From Takakia lepidozioides (lineage: Eukaryota > Plantae > Bryophyta): a stretch of DNA of 64,000 bases. Position numbers and translations under genes: made by a program. Under the pieces are notes generated by a model. It was given only the letters and a program-made list of their open reading frames with translations. It did not search any database and had not been told where the DNA came from. Numbering within the stretch: position 1 is the stretch's first letter; every line of letters starts with the position of its first letter. Below, piece by piece: positions 1-11,185 of the stretch. The DNA lies in assembly GCA_030704615.1 (NCBI GenBank), contig CM060731.1, positions 26,846,001-26,910,000 on the forward strand, given 5' to 3'.

Positions 1-2987
1 TAGGTGCATAACATTTCCTTTGATGTTCATTTTGATGGAGATGGCCTGGGCGGCTAATCGTTTGTCAATCTCAGCCATCATGTTGTCGTGACCACGCTTG
101 TGGCTGGAGTCTGTCTTGAAGCTGGTTTTTGTTGCAATCCTAATAGGCTTTCACTTGATGTCAGATTTCTCAAACTTTGGGGACGCCGAAGAGGAGGGGC
201 CAACAATTTATCCATTGCGGTGGGATTTGGTCTGGCTAGGTGCATGAATCAATGTAGTATAGCTGCATATGAGGCACTGTTTCCCCCATGAATTCCTGAA
301 GGTGGTGATAGTGAATGTTGACGTTCTAGAGTCTTTTCAACGTCTGCACACGATTTATCCCATGCTATCTTAGCTACTATGGTAAGATCAAATAATAGCA
401 CAGTAGACAAAGTATTAACAATTGTTGAGGGTCCATACACAACGGGCCTTCCAAAGATGCCACAATGTAGCGCATCAGAGTGTTTTCGACTGTTTGGTTG
501 AGCTATTGGTTTGGATGTTTGGTTGTAGTTTTGAAGAATGTGGACAGGAAACATCAGAAAGTTATCCCAAGTTCTATAGAAATTTTGAACCAATGGCCAG
601 ATGGAGTGGGGAGCATGGCAGTGGATCACATAGTGTTTTAGGGTCTCCATGGAGCCCACCGAACAACATGAGTAGAACAGAGCTTCATTGAAGTTGATAT
701 ATTGTCCCACCTTCAATACTCTATTAGCCACCTACCATAGAAAGACACTCAGTTTTTCCGCTTTCGTTTTCTCCCAGATACGTGCCCAGATACATTTCCA
801 GTTTTCGTCACAAAGAGAGAGAGAGGGAGAAAAGACTCCGGCCAAAGCCGATGCAACTAAGAGCCACTTCGCCTGACGACTACTGCCCCATTTCAGGAGT
901 GGGCCATATAAAGAAGATAGGTTGCGCTTGCCGGTACCTAGGATAGAGGTTACCTTGGATGCTGCTGGGTTGGAATATTCCAGTTGCCGTTTATTAGTGA
1001 TAATTGCTGTCAAGGAATAGATCATTGTGAGGTGGATTTCTTTGAAGCATTTGTGAATGAAGGTGATGGGGATTTTGAAGTTATTGAATATTGTGTTGAC
1101 ACTATCATTGTGGATGCCACCTCTAGTTCCAACACTGATGACGGTGAGTGGTCCAGTTGCGTATTTCCCCCATTTGGATAAGGTAGAAGTGTTGGGGTAT
1201 CGATCGTGACAATATGTAAATTCGACAAAGTAGATGGTGAGGTTGGGGATGGAGTAGTGGGTAGGAGTAGTGGGTAGGAGGACATTTATTGGTAAACCGG
1301 AGACAAGTAGGATGTCTGGACATAGTCTAGTAGGGCAACTACACCGTGAGCGTGGGCATGTACATGGAAGTAACCATGACGGGACAGTGTGGTCCGGGGG
1401 TCTGCCTTAGTAGGTGCCTACGTTAATGAGTGAGAACCATCTAGTCTGCGTATGACGCATGAGAAGTTTATGAATGTGCCACACTGCGTGATTCTGTCGA
1501 GTTATACGCAGTCCATGGATGATATGGTGGGTGCACTTGTTGAGGAGGTGTGGCCAAGTGTCTCGTTTTTGGTGGGTATGTGAGTAGAGTGGACAGTAGG
1601 GAGATGGGTATAGTTGTGGCCAGAAAGTATGTTTGCATTGGTGATCCATATATTGAGCGTATCTGAATTTGAGTGTTCGTCTTATTTGTGCATCAGTCGC
1701 AGTTTTGATATGCCAAAATTAGTTAGATAGTTTATGATTGAGTACCGAGGATTGAGTTTTTGAGTTATTGAGTTTTTTTTTTTTAAAACCTTCGTGGAAT
1801 TTATTGAAAAATTGAGGGGAAAAAAATAAAACCCCAAGTGACACCATAAGGGTTACACACCGTAGTCACTGAGGAGTGAACCAAAGCCCGTATTTAAAAA
1901 TGCAGCATTATACTGGAAAAACCTTAAAAATGGCCTGCCCTTAACGAGAGAGTCTTCCAATCGGCGCAGTATGATGCACATTATCGAGGAGCTAATCTAT
2001 GGCCCTAGCATACTAACGAAAATTGAGCCTGGAAGTCGTGGCGGGGTTCTTGACGTGTTTCCAGTTCATGTCTCTCTCAAACTTTGGCGAGGCCGTGGAG
2101 TGGAGCTCGGAGGTTTCTCCAGCGTTGAGGGGGGAGAGCATTCCAAACACAGAGATCTTGCTCGTCGCTTTGACAAACAGTTCCAATGTAACCACAACCG
2201 CCTGTTAGCAAAAAATGTAAATAACCGCCCAACATTGGTATCTAATCTTATGCCTCCACGGCCATGGGTGGTTATTTTTTCCACCATTTTGTAAAAGGGC
2301 CTCCGCCCCATTTTCTCTAAAAAATAAAAATAAAAATAAAAATCTTATGGTGGCAGGCTTGCAACAAGCCAAGGCTCTAGCCTGAGGTCCCAATCTGTCT
2401 TGGGGTATGGCTTTCATGGTGGTTACCAGCCCTCCCCCTTAGGGTATGTTGGCCTATGACCATATAAAGGATGTTTTCATCCATACATGATGAATTTCTT
2501 AACAGATTTCATCCATTCAAAGTTCATTACAAAGCTGATGATATAGATTTTAATATGACTGTAAAAGCATTATATTCAGACAAGATTAGTGAATCTTCGT
2601 CTAATGGGGTCCAAATCAACCATTGCCACCTTATTATTTCTGCATGCTTGTTAATGTATAACGCTAGGTTTTGATTAGTCATCTGCCAGTGTGTGTGGCT
2701 CACATGTCACAACATGAAACTGGTTTGTATTTCATCCCAACATGAAACATGTTTTCCAAGTGGTATTTCTGATCCATATCAATCAGATTCCTCTTCTTCC
2801 TGTTATATCACCATCTCAAACTCTGTAGGAGTTGTACTTTCCCTTTCTTAGGAAACATAGACTTGGGGAAATGACCGACTCTTTCATTTTGAGTTATTTT
2901 GGTATCAAGCTCTCGTCATCTATTCTGCTGTACATGTGGGTGGCCTATGTGCTCAAACTTCCAGAGATATGCTGAGGCACCTTCCAT

Positions 2988-3938
2988 CTAGCTCTGAAAT
3001 ACCTTGCTGTTTCGGCGCACCCATGCCTCAACTGATGTTGGCTTTACACCCATGATGTGCTCGAAATCTTCACTGAAGCGATTGTAGTGGCCATTGCGGT
3101 GGCGCCACGCCATGGTCCTAAAGTGATTCTTCAGATGAGCAGGGAGGTCTACTTCTTTCAAGTCCGTCTGTTCCCACTCATCAAAGGGTACATCAGTGTA
3201 CTTGATCTCACGGCCCAGTGCCTTTGAGTACTCACTGGCAATTGCAACCATATCTTGTGACTTCGCTCCAGTGAGTTGATAGACTTTACCGATATGCCTT
3301 TCAGGATTAGAAAGGATCTCAGAAGCTACTTGTGCAACATCCACGGCGGCAATTGGTGATGTTAGACTCCTAGCAAAAGGCAGTCTGATTTCTCCCAATT
3401 TCTTAATGGACTGTGCAGCAAATAGATGAAAAAAGGGATGCTCCAGGAAAACTGTGGCTCTTAAATGAACCACTGGAAGACCAGACCAATTGAGAGCCTG
3501 CTCCCCCAACCAATGAAATCTCTGCTGTGAGCTCTCTGTTGATACGTTGATGTTCATCTCAGAGACGGTCATCTGAGAGATATTCACAAACACCTCGACT
3601 CCATGGTGCTTGGCAACTGCAGCTGTATTGATACAAGCCTCTAAGTAGTTGGCTGAAGCAGCCATGCCAAAGTAGATGCGCTTGCACCCTTCAATAGCTT
3701 TGCCAACGTCGTGGAGATCAGTGAGATCACCTGTCACAACCTCAGCACCAAGTTGGGCCAGAGCAGCTGACCTTTCATCCAACTGCCTCACCATGGCTCG
3801 GACTGGAAGTCCTTTCGACCTTAAGCTTTCAACAATTTTGAATCCCACAGAGCCCACGTTGCCAGCAGCCCCTGTTACTAAAATTGGTTGGTTGGTCTCT
3901 GTTCCCTTCCCTTCAACTGGCTGTTGCTCGGACATCAT
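2988..3938 (-). CDS. Intronless NmrA-like / atypical SDR NAD(P)-binding oxidoreductase (316 aa), bacterial-type
   Basis: Single uninterrupted ORF. N-terminal Rossmann motif ILVTGAAGNVGSVG, then VRAMVR, GAEVVTGDL, VFVNISQMTVS, HWLGEQALNWSGLPVVHLRATVFLE, PIAAVDVA, HIGKVYQLTG; all typical of NmrA-family proteins. Confidence 0.9.
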   Translation of the reverse strand: MMSEQQPVEGKGTETNQPILVTGAAGNVGSVGFKIVESLRSKGLPVRAMVRQLDERSAALAQLGAEVVTGDLTDLHDVGKAIEGCKRIYFGMAASANYLEACINTAAVAKHHGVEVFVNISQMTVSEMNINVSTESSQQRFHWLGEQALNWSGLPVVHLRATVFLEHPFFHLFAAQSIKKLGEIRLPFARSLTSPIAAVDVAQVASEILSNPERHIGKVYQLTGAKSQDMVAIASEYSKALGREIKYTDVPFDEWEQTDLKEVDLPAHLKNHFRTMAWRHRNGHYNRFSEDFEHIMGVKPTSVEAWVRRNSKVFQS

Positions 3939-4460
3939 CTTTACTTCCCTTCAAATCACCCAGCACTACAGTATACCCAGACAGCATCACACCAGAAGAT
4001 ATCAGACCAGCTCACAGACTAGAAACAACAAAGTACAGCTTCACCATGGCTATACGTTAGTGAAATTGTAGGTCAAAGTTTGTTGCAACCATAGCATTTC
4101 ACAGATGCATTGACCAGCTGTCGAAAGAGAAATGAAACCAGCCCTTGTGATTTGTCTGGAGGACAGACGCGATTGGGCTCATGAACATGGCCAGAGCTTT
4201 GAAATCCAGTGTTTCCAGTTTGGGTTACTCACAATGAAGCCCCTCCCCATGTTGTAGGAAACCCACAAACGGGTTTCACCACTGCCAAAGGCCAGAGCTT
4301 TTACCACCCTTTTCAGTAAGGAAAAAATGATACTATAACGTCCATGGACAGCTCGAAGAGCTTATGGGACAAAAGAAAGCATGAAATAGGAAGAGTGCGG
4401 GCCCTCAACAAGAAGCCCACAAACAACTGTTGATTGTCTAAGATTCAACTTGTCTAAGAT

Positions 4461-5900
4461 TCAACGCCTTGTGCAGACTGCCAAGCATTTCTGATCCCCC
4501 AAGTGGAAGACCTCTGTGAGAGATTGACGATCTCGGAATAGACAATAGCATCTCCCCCAGGACTTCGAGTAGAAAGGACAGTGAAAAAAAAAAAACACTC
4601 TCCTGTCACCGCCAGCGCAAACTACCAGTCTCTGTCCGCAGACTGTGGGAGCCCACCCAGAAATGGGGGCCCTATTGACAAGCAGCCTGACAAAGAGAAG
4701 AAATTCTCTCTTGTAAGTGTTACTCAATCACACAAAGATCGTGGATGCACCTTGCTTGAAGTCACTTGCATGAGATTTTGGCAAGAAGAAGACCCACCTT
4801 GAGCCGGGCCCCCAATCAGCCAAAACATCAATTGTAACCAAGGATCAGTATATAAGAAGATGATGCCTTTAACTTTTCGAACAGAGGTCGAGACAGATGG
4901 CATTCTGAAAATAAGGACCTCCATAAGCCCATTGTTCAGTCCAGGGTTAGTTCTCCAAATGTACACACCATAATCTTCTCCTACCTCTAGCTCAGCAGGC
5001 AGTGGCAAACCGAGAGTTCACACTTCAAGGCAACAGGCTTGACCCAATGCATTTTACTCGTCAGTGTTGTGCACTCAGAAACGACTACACTACAGAGACA
5101 ATTCAGATACACCTCAACCACATATTCATCTGAATTCTCTTTTGTGTCCAACTTGTCATGATAGTAGGACAGCCACAAGTAAAACACTGCATAAACGAAA
5201 GGCCATAGTTTCACCCTAAATCATCACAAGCGAACTCTCATGCCAAAGATGTGATTTGCCAATTACAGCAAAATGTTAGTAGAATCACCTCGCTTGAAGC
5301 CCCACTCGGTTGAGTCTTCGGAAGGAAAGATACCAAATGTGTGTTGGGAGGTGCACAACTCATGGAGCAAATGCTTAGCAAGGAGTACGGAGGCAAACGA
5401 ATATATAGAAGAGAGGCGGGGCTCCCTATTGTACATAACGCCAAGAGCAGTCATCGTCACCATTCGTCACTGACCTCGGGAGTCAGCGACGGGACAGGAA
5501 GGTCTCACTGAACCTTCCATCATATCCTGAAGCCCTAAACCACTACTGAACAGTGCTGCACCCTTCTGAGACCCTATCACCGCAAAAGTGGATCTATATC
5601 TGCGGAAGTGGAGGTTGGAGATGGCAACAAAGCCCAACTCAGGCCGCGGAAGAAGACCGAAATCCTTCTAAAAAGCAAACGAAAACATGTCACTCCTGGG
5701 TCTGAAATTTTCATAGCGCTTTTGCAACGCAGTAAACAGGAAATTGAGTGTTGATGCAGAGGTTGGTATAGACATCATGCTAGAAAACTGCTCGAGCTCC
5801 CAATTCGGCTACAGGATGATGAGGCTGTGAGTGGAGTTCTTGTATGTAGAAAATGGCACGCAGTGTGTCTAGAGAAGAGAGGCTGGGGCTAATGGCTGCA
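4461..5900 (-). pseudogene. Heavily degraded coding relic, possibly a plant BTB/POZ-domain protein
   Basis: Chain of short minus-strand frames broken by stops and frameshifts (THSLIIL, ASLLYIRLPP, EVYLNCLCSVV, EVGEDYGVYIW, PWLQLMF, CPFYSKSWGR). Their order loosely parallels plant BTB/POZ At3g05675/At5g60050-type proteins; the resemblance is weak. Confidence 0.3.
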
Positions 5901-6224
5901 ATGGAAGGTTGTTAACAAGTAGAGCTTTATCACCACCCTGTTCAGGTTAACCTTTTACACGGCAGAACTTCCTCGAGCGGGGGCGTTCCACCTCCAATAT
6001 GTCCCAACGCATGACATTTTCGTCAAACATATCATATCAGGTTTTTGTACCTCACTGGTCAGATTGATATCCAATGCGTGCGAACACTGGCTGTTTGCGC
6101 ATGATGCAATGCTTGGGCAAGGCCAAACGACACCTAGTCGCGCGAACAGTTAAGGTCAGACTATCCCCGGTGCAACTTTTTAGTTAGGGTAGTAGAAGTG
6201 CCTGGAGATCCTCGAAAACCATGA

Positions 6225-6740
6225 GCTTGAGATTAGGTGGGGGAGCATCGTAGATGTATGAGCTTCGGTCGTACCACACATATGATGAGATTCCAAGATC
6301 AATTGAAACCCACACATTATGTACATTCTCACCAGCGACATACAGTGAGATTTGTGGACTCGGAACAGCGTCGACTTGACAACTTTATCAAGAAAGATGG
6401 TTGTGATCTTTTTGATGATGGCTTGAATTTGGTAGAAAAGGGGAGCCTAACAGTGATCATCGTTCAATGGCATCCATGAGTGAGCAGGAAAGTTCCGTAG
6501 AGCTTTGATGCAAGAGGTTAGGGCATTTGAATTCCAGACAATGCTACTCATGTATAAGCCACAAACTGTTACAGGTCTGGAAATTGGAAGAAAACCAGAC
6601 TAAAGCTATGTGAAGGGTTTCTACATGGAAATCAACACAAGGCACCTATTCCAAAGACCACTGGAAGCAGAGCTACTCGAGTAGTGGACTTAGTTCATGC
6701 AGATGTGGTAGGGCCAATGAAAGTCTCATAATTGGGAGGA
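6225..6740 (+). mobile_element. Ty1/Copia LTR-retrotransposon remnant (protease to integrase N-terminus)
   Basis: Degenerate protease-like GAS..CMS segment, a GHLN motif (about 6521), and KLCEGFLHGNQHKAPIPK...DLVHADVVGPMKVS*LGG, matching the Copia integrase start C..C..GK...LVH.D.CGP. Stops and frameshifts present. Confidence 0.8.
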
Positions 6741-7109
6741 GCATGTTCTATTGTTTATTCAATTTGTCAAACTTGTTTTCAAGTTGGGTATATGACAGAA
6801 GAATTTGAGGGAAAATTATCCTGCTACAAGTGGGGCTCTGGCACCTTACTAATTAAGTACTTGACACTGTCTTCTATCTTGCAACTTCTGAACCATAATT
6901 TGCGCAGGTGTTTAAGCTTTTGGCGATGGGGGAGGATTGTTTTTATGGCTCCAAATGACACCTAAAAAGTAGGTGTCCTTAGATGGGTAGTTTGGGTGGT
7001 GTGAAGCTCATGATACCACCATAGAATTGCACGAGTAAGTGAGCCCTGCGATTCGCATTTGCTCCAGACTGTGTGGTCATCATCAAGCTCATGACAACCT
7101 CAAACCTAC

Positions 7110-8297
7110 ACAATGGAATGCAGCAGTGCGGTTGCGGAAGGTCGAGGAGCAGCAATGGCACTGAGTGCATGGAATCCTCCGGGGTGCCTTCACAAGCCTC
7201 CCCAAGCTAAAGGGTTTGCAGGACTGGTCCTGTACACGGGACAGCTGTGCATACTCCCAACCGCATTGTACTGAGATTTGGTTGAAACTTTCTGAAACGG
7301 ATTGTGGGCCAAAAGAGATCAGGAAAGGAGGTGATGGGTTGAGCCAGGAGGCCACCTATGCAAATATACGAAAGGCCAACAGACAGACGTGGAGAAGATT
7401 TGGAACAGATTTTTTGCAGGCCCCCGTCAATGGTGGGAGAATCGATGCAGAAAGGCCATCCTGGAGCACGAGATTTTAGGCACAAGAGTACCAACGAGGA
7501 GGTGTGGATTGGCTACAAGAAACCTCTATGGGTGGATGGTCAATTGAAAGCACTGCAGCACAGTTGTGTGAGTCAGGCACCCCCCACAACGACCTCTTTT
7601 GAAAGGTGTCGGAATATGAGGACACTATGTAAGGCAGGACAACTGAAAGAGGCCTTGGAGATTTTGAACCAAGGAGGTATTTTGCCAGACTCAAAAACAT
7701 ATATCTACCTATTGCAGGAATGCATCAGGAGCTGCTTGCCCATATTATTCTAAGTGGATGGAAACCAGACATCTTTCTACTCAACACCCTCATCAACATG
7801 CATGCCAAGTGTGGGGGAGCGTTGTGGATGCACGCCCAGTGTTTTACAAAATGCCCAAGTGACGTTTGAGTACATGGAATAGAATGATGGCAGGATATGC
7901 CAAGTAGGGTTATTGTAGGGAAGCCTTCAAGACCTACGAGCGAATGATGTGGGAAGGGGTGACACCCAACCAGGTCACGTCATTTGCGTTCTTAAGGCGT
8001 ATTCCAGCCTGGCAGTTCCTGAAAAGGGTAAAAATGTCCACATTGAATTGTGCCAAAGATAATCTTGGACACTACCCTCATTGACATTTATGCCAAATGT
8101 GGGGAGCATAAAGGATGCAAAGCAAGTGTTTGACAATATGCATCAGTGAGATGTGGTTTCAGGGAGTGCTCAACGCAGGATACGCCCAGCCTCGTAGTGG
8201 GATGGAGGCTTTGGAGACCTATGAGCAAATGATGCTAGAAGGGGTGGAGCCCAACCAGGTGACGTTCGTTTGCATTCTCAGGGTTTTTAAGATGTAA
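7110..8297 (+). pseudogene. PDF-motif + PLS-class PPR pseudogene, copy 1
   Basis: Across frameshifts: N-terminal leader, then DVEKIWNRFFAGPRQWWENR/KGHPGARDFRHKSTNEEVWIGYKKPLWVDGQL, then LCKAGQLKEALEIL..PDSKTYIYLLQEC, LLNTLINMHAKCG, TWNRMMAGYAK*GYCREAF..GVTPNQVT, TLIDIYAKCGSIKDAKQVFDNM, GVEPNQVTFVCILR. Several stops and frameshifts. Confidence 0.88.
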
Positions 8298-8599
8298 GTC
8301 TCTTGCTTTATTCATTAAAACCATGCAACCGCATAGTTCATAGAATGTTCTAGGAATGCTGGCTATGACTTCCTGTTGAAGGCAATTCCTCGGTGGCATA
8401 TCAACCCTCCAAGAGTAGATTGTAGGGTCGCCCCACCAAGAGGTGAAAACTTAGCTTGAAATCACTATTTGCTCCTGAATGACCAAGTACGGGCATGAAC
8501 AGTTGATGTACAGGGGTGGCCTTTATCATTTTAGAAAATAAAATGTAGATGTCAGCAATGTGTAATTTGTGGCTGCTTCAGTGGTGAAAAGCAAGTAGA

Positions 8600-9665
8600 A
8601 TTTTTTATGTTAGCTCAAGGAGGCAAGGATCGAGTGTGGATGCAGTCCAATACCAGGGGATCAGATTCCAAGCACAAGTTTTGAATGAGGCTCTGTGGAT
8701 AGGTAGTTACAAGAAACCTGTGTGGGTGGACGGTCAATTGGAGAAGCCAGAAGCAGCCAAAGGCAAGTTTGCAGCACACCCATTCAGGTGGTTGCACTAC
8801 GACAATACTCTTCTTTTGCAGATGCAGAAGTATTCTTGTCATGTACGTGTTCTGCAAGGTAAACTCAATGTACTTCTCATAAGGAAATACAGTGAGCCAC
8901 TTATGCATGAGACATTGTTTGCAGTATCTAAGAGCTTCGAGAAGAGTTTCAGTGTCACCGTGCCTTGTTAATAAGAAGGTTTGGTCATGTGGGATGGCAG
9001 GTTTAAATCAGGCACCTCCACCATCACCACTGCTTTTGAAAGAACTCTTCTGGCTCGTGCACTTCACAAGGAGGGTCGATGACTGAAAGAGGTGCCGATG
9101 TTGAGAACCAAGGTGGCATCTGTAGACTCTTGCAGGAGTGCATCAAAATAAAAAGCCTGAATGGAAAGCAGGTGCATGACCACATTATCCAAAGTTGATT
9201 CAAGCCAAAGTTACTTCTACACAATACTGTAGCTATCATATATGGCAAGTGCAGAAGTGTGGTGGATGCACGTTTAGTATTGGATGAAATACCTCAATTA
9301 TAGGTTTACGTGGAACATAATGAGGGCAGAATGATCAAGTGTGGGTGTGGTAGGACCTTCCAGATCTCAGAGCAAATGATATTGGCACTAGTGCTTGCAA
9401 ATAGGGCCATCTTCAGGTGTATTGTCAATGCATGCTCCAACCAGGCAGCTCAACAAACAGGCACAGAGGTCCACAGAAAAATATCATCAGAACTGGAATT
9501 TTGCCTAATATCATTCTGGAGACTACCTTTGTTGGCATGTATATCAACTGCAGGAGAATACAGGATGTGTGGCAAATGTGTGAAAAATATGGCCAAGCAA
9601 GGTATTGTGTTCATGGAGAGCGACCTCCCAGGATATGCTCAGCATGTGTGGTAAGCAGGTTTTAG
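8600..9665 (+). pseudogene. PDF-motif + PLS-class PPR pseudogene, copy 2 (more decayed)
   Basis: SDSKHK/LNEALWIGSYKKPVWVDGQL, the same QAPP linker as copy 1, then LQECIK, GKQVHDHIIQS, YGKCRSVVDARLVLDE, IFRCIVNACSN, GTEVHRKI, FVGMYINCRRIQDVWQMCE, PGYAQH. Multiple stops and frameshifts. Confidence 0.82.
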
Positions 9666-10787
9666 CAACAAATGACCTAATGATGCAGAAAGGATATTTT
9701 CGTTTGCATTCTTACTGACTGAGAAAGCCAATGTAAAGTATAGCCACATTGTGATATTGCGGGTATGGTCCCTTGCAGGGGGTTCGACACTTTCAACAAC
9801 TGTGAATTTCAATGTTACCAATCTTGCGACTATTGCCAGTCTACTCAAACCTCCTTCAAATGCTGTGAGTGAAGATTTCAATGACCATTGATTTAGTGCA
9901 ACATAAGACAATGCTGTATTACTAGTTTAGGTGGTGACAGAGCTCAACATAGCTCAGATATGTCATTGCTGGAAACATTTTCTCAGACTTAACACAAACT
10001 TTACTGTGGTAAAACTCAAAATTCTCGAGACCTATTATGAATTTGGAATATGGCTGTAGAGTTACACAGTCATATTTCAAATTCGGAATAGGTCTTTAGA
10101 ATTACAAAGCTGATTACGATGCAATTCCATCAAATAATCAACCGCTCAAAGATTGCAATATGGTTAGAGATCGACTTGGAATGTAGCGTAATTACATAAA
10201 TATGCAATAACACCATTGAGCATAAAGCACATAAGTTCATGCATGGAAGTGCCCCATAGTTTTATAAAAAGGCCCAAGTGGGGGTTACTGTATGAATGGG
10301 TAAAACTGTCCCCAAGAGGATAAACACCCGGGCATCGCGAGCAACCGCAGCTATTGCATCCCGGACGATGTCATGACTCGCAGTGTGCTCTCCACAGCAA
10401 GGGCATTGTGACAAACTATATTATCACACACAATGCATCATTCTCACAACGGATCTACTTTCTGGTGATTTGGTGCTCAAGAGTGCTGCTCCATATTTCG
10501 TCTAAATTGCTAGAGAAGAGAATTAACAAAACAAACAAGCAGCTAGTCACAATCTATGAATCTACTTTCATCCATAATAAGCTTGAGAATTCATCCATTT
10601 ATTTCTATAGGTCATTCAATAACATAGATATTACTTGAGAGAGGTAGTTTTGAGCAAAGATAAAGATAAAGTTTCTTTAACGTCCAGTGAATTTACAGAG
10701 CCTACTGCTCAACAGCTTTGAGCAAAGAGAGGAGGTTACACTTACGTAGTGATTTTTCCACACTAATGCGTAATCTGTTCTTTGGAG

Positions 10788-10828
10788 TAAAAAAAAAAGA
10801 AAAGAAAAAGAAAAAGAAAAAGAAAATA
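10788..10828. repeat. Poly(A) / (GAAAAA)n simple repeat
   Basis: aaaaaaaaaagaaagaaaagaaaaagaaaaagaaaat read directly. Confidence 0.85.
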
Positions 10829-10974
10829 AAGACCCAATTATTCAAAAATGAGAGGCATAAAGAGGAGCCAACACAAAAAATAAAATAGAAAACTAGGCTT
10901 GCCATCCGAGAGCATCCACAAATGCATGGTCTCGTCTTTCAACAGATGAATGCATCCAGATTAGCTACTACCTA

Positions 10975-11185
10975 GATAGTGTGAATGGGACGCACGCCGT
11001 CCACCGTTACCCCGGCCGGCGTATGCAAATGTGGTGGCCAATACCGGCAGGCCTCGCTCCCGACCGGGCTTCCCGGCACATGCGAGAAGGCCGGGAAACT
11101 AGGGCCGGGATTGCGAGTGTCGGTGCCGGGCCCGCACTTGCCGGCCGGGACCTTCTCGAGAGTTGTCGTCTTCCCGGGACGCAAT
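10975..11185. repeat. GC-rich CCGG-motif island, probable MITE fragment
   Basis: Abrupt GC/CpG-rich patch with repeated ccggccgg/gccggg motifs inside AT-richer DNA. No TIR or TSD confirmed. Confidence 0.35.

Noticed and set aside
1-1866. Repeat-like region with Ser/Thr/Pro-rich broken frames and a possible Helitron-type end (..ataagggttacacaccgtagt)
   Set aside because: The hairpin and CTAG terminus are too degenerate and no Rep/helicase motifs are visible; the TE class cannot be supported.
3676-4071. ORF-track ORFs antisense to real genes (also 37938-38315, 40012-40435, 58400-58774, 50971-51318)
   Set aside because: Shadow frames of coding exons with no independent motifs.
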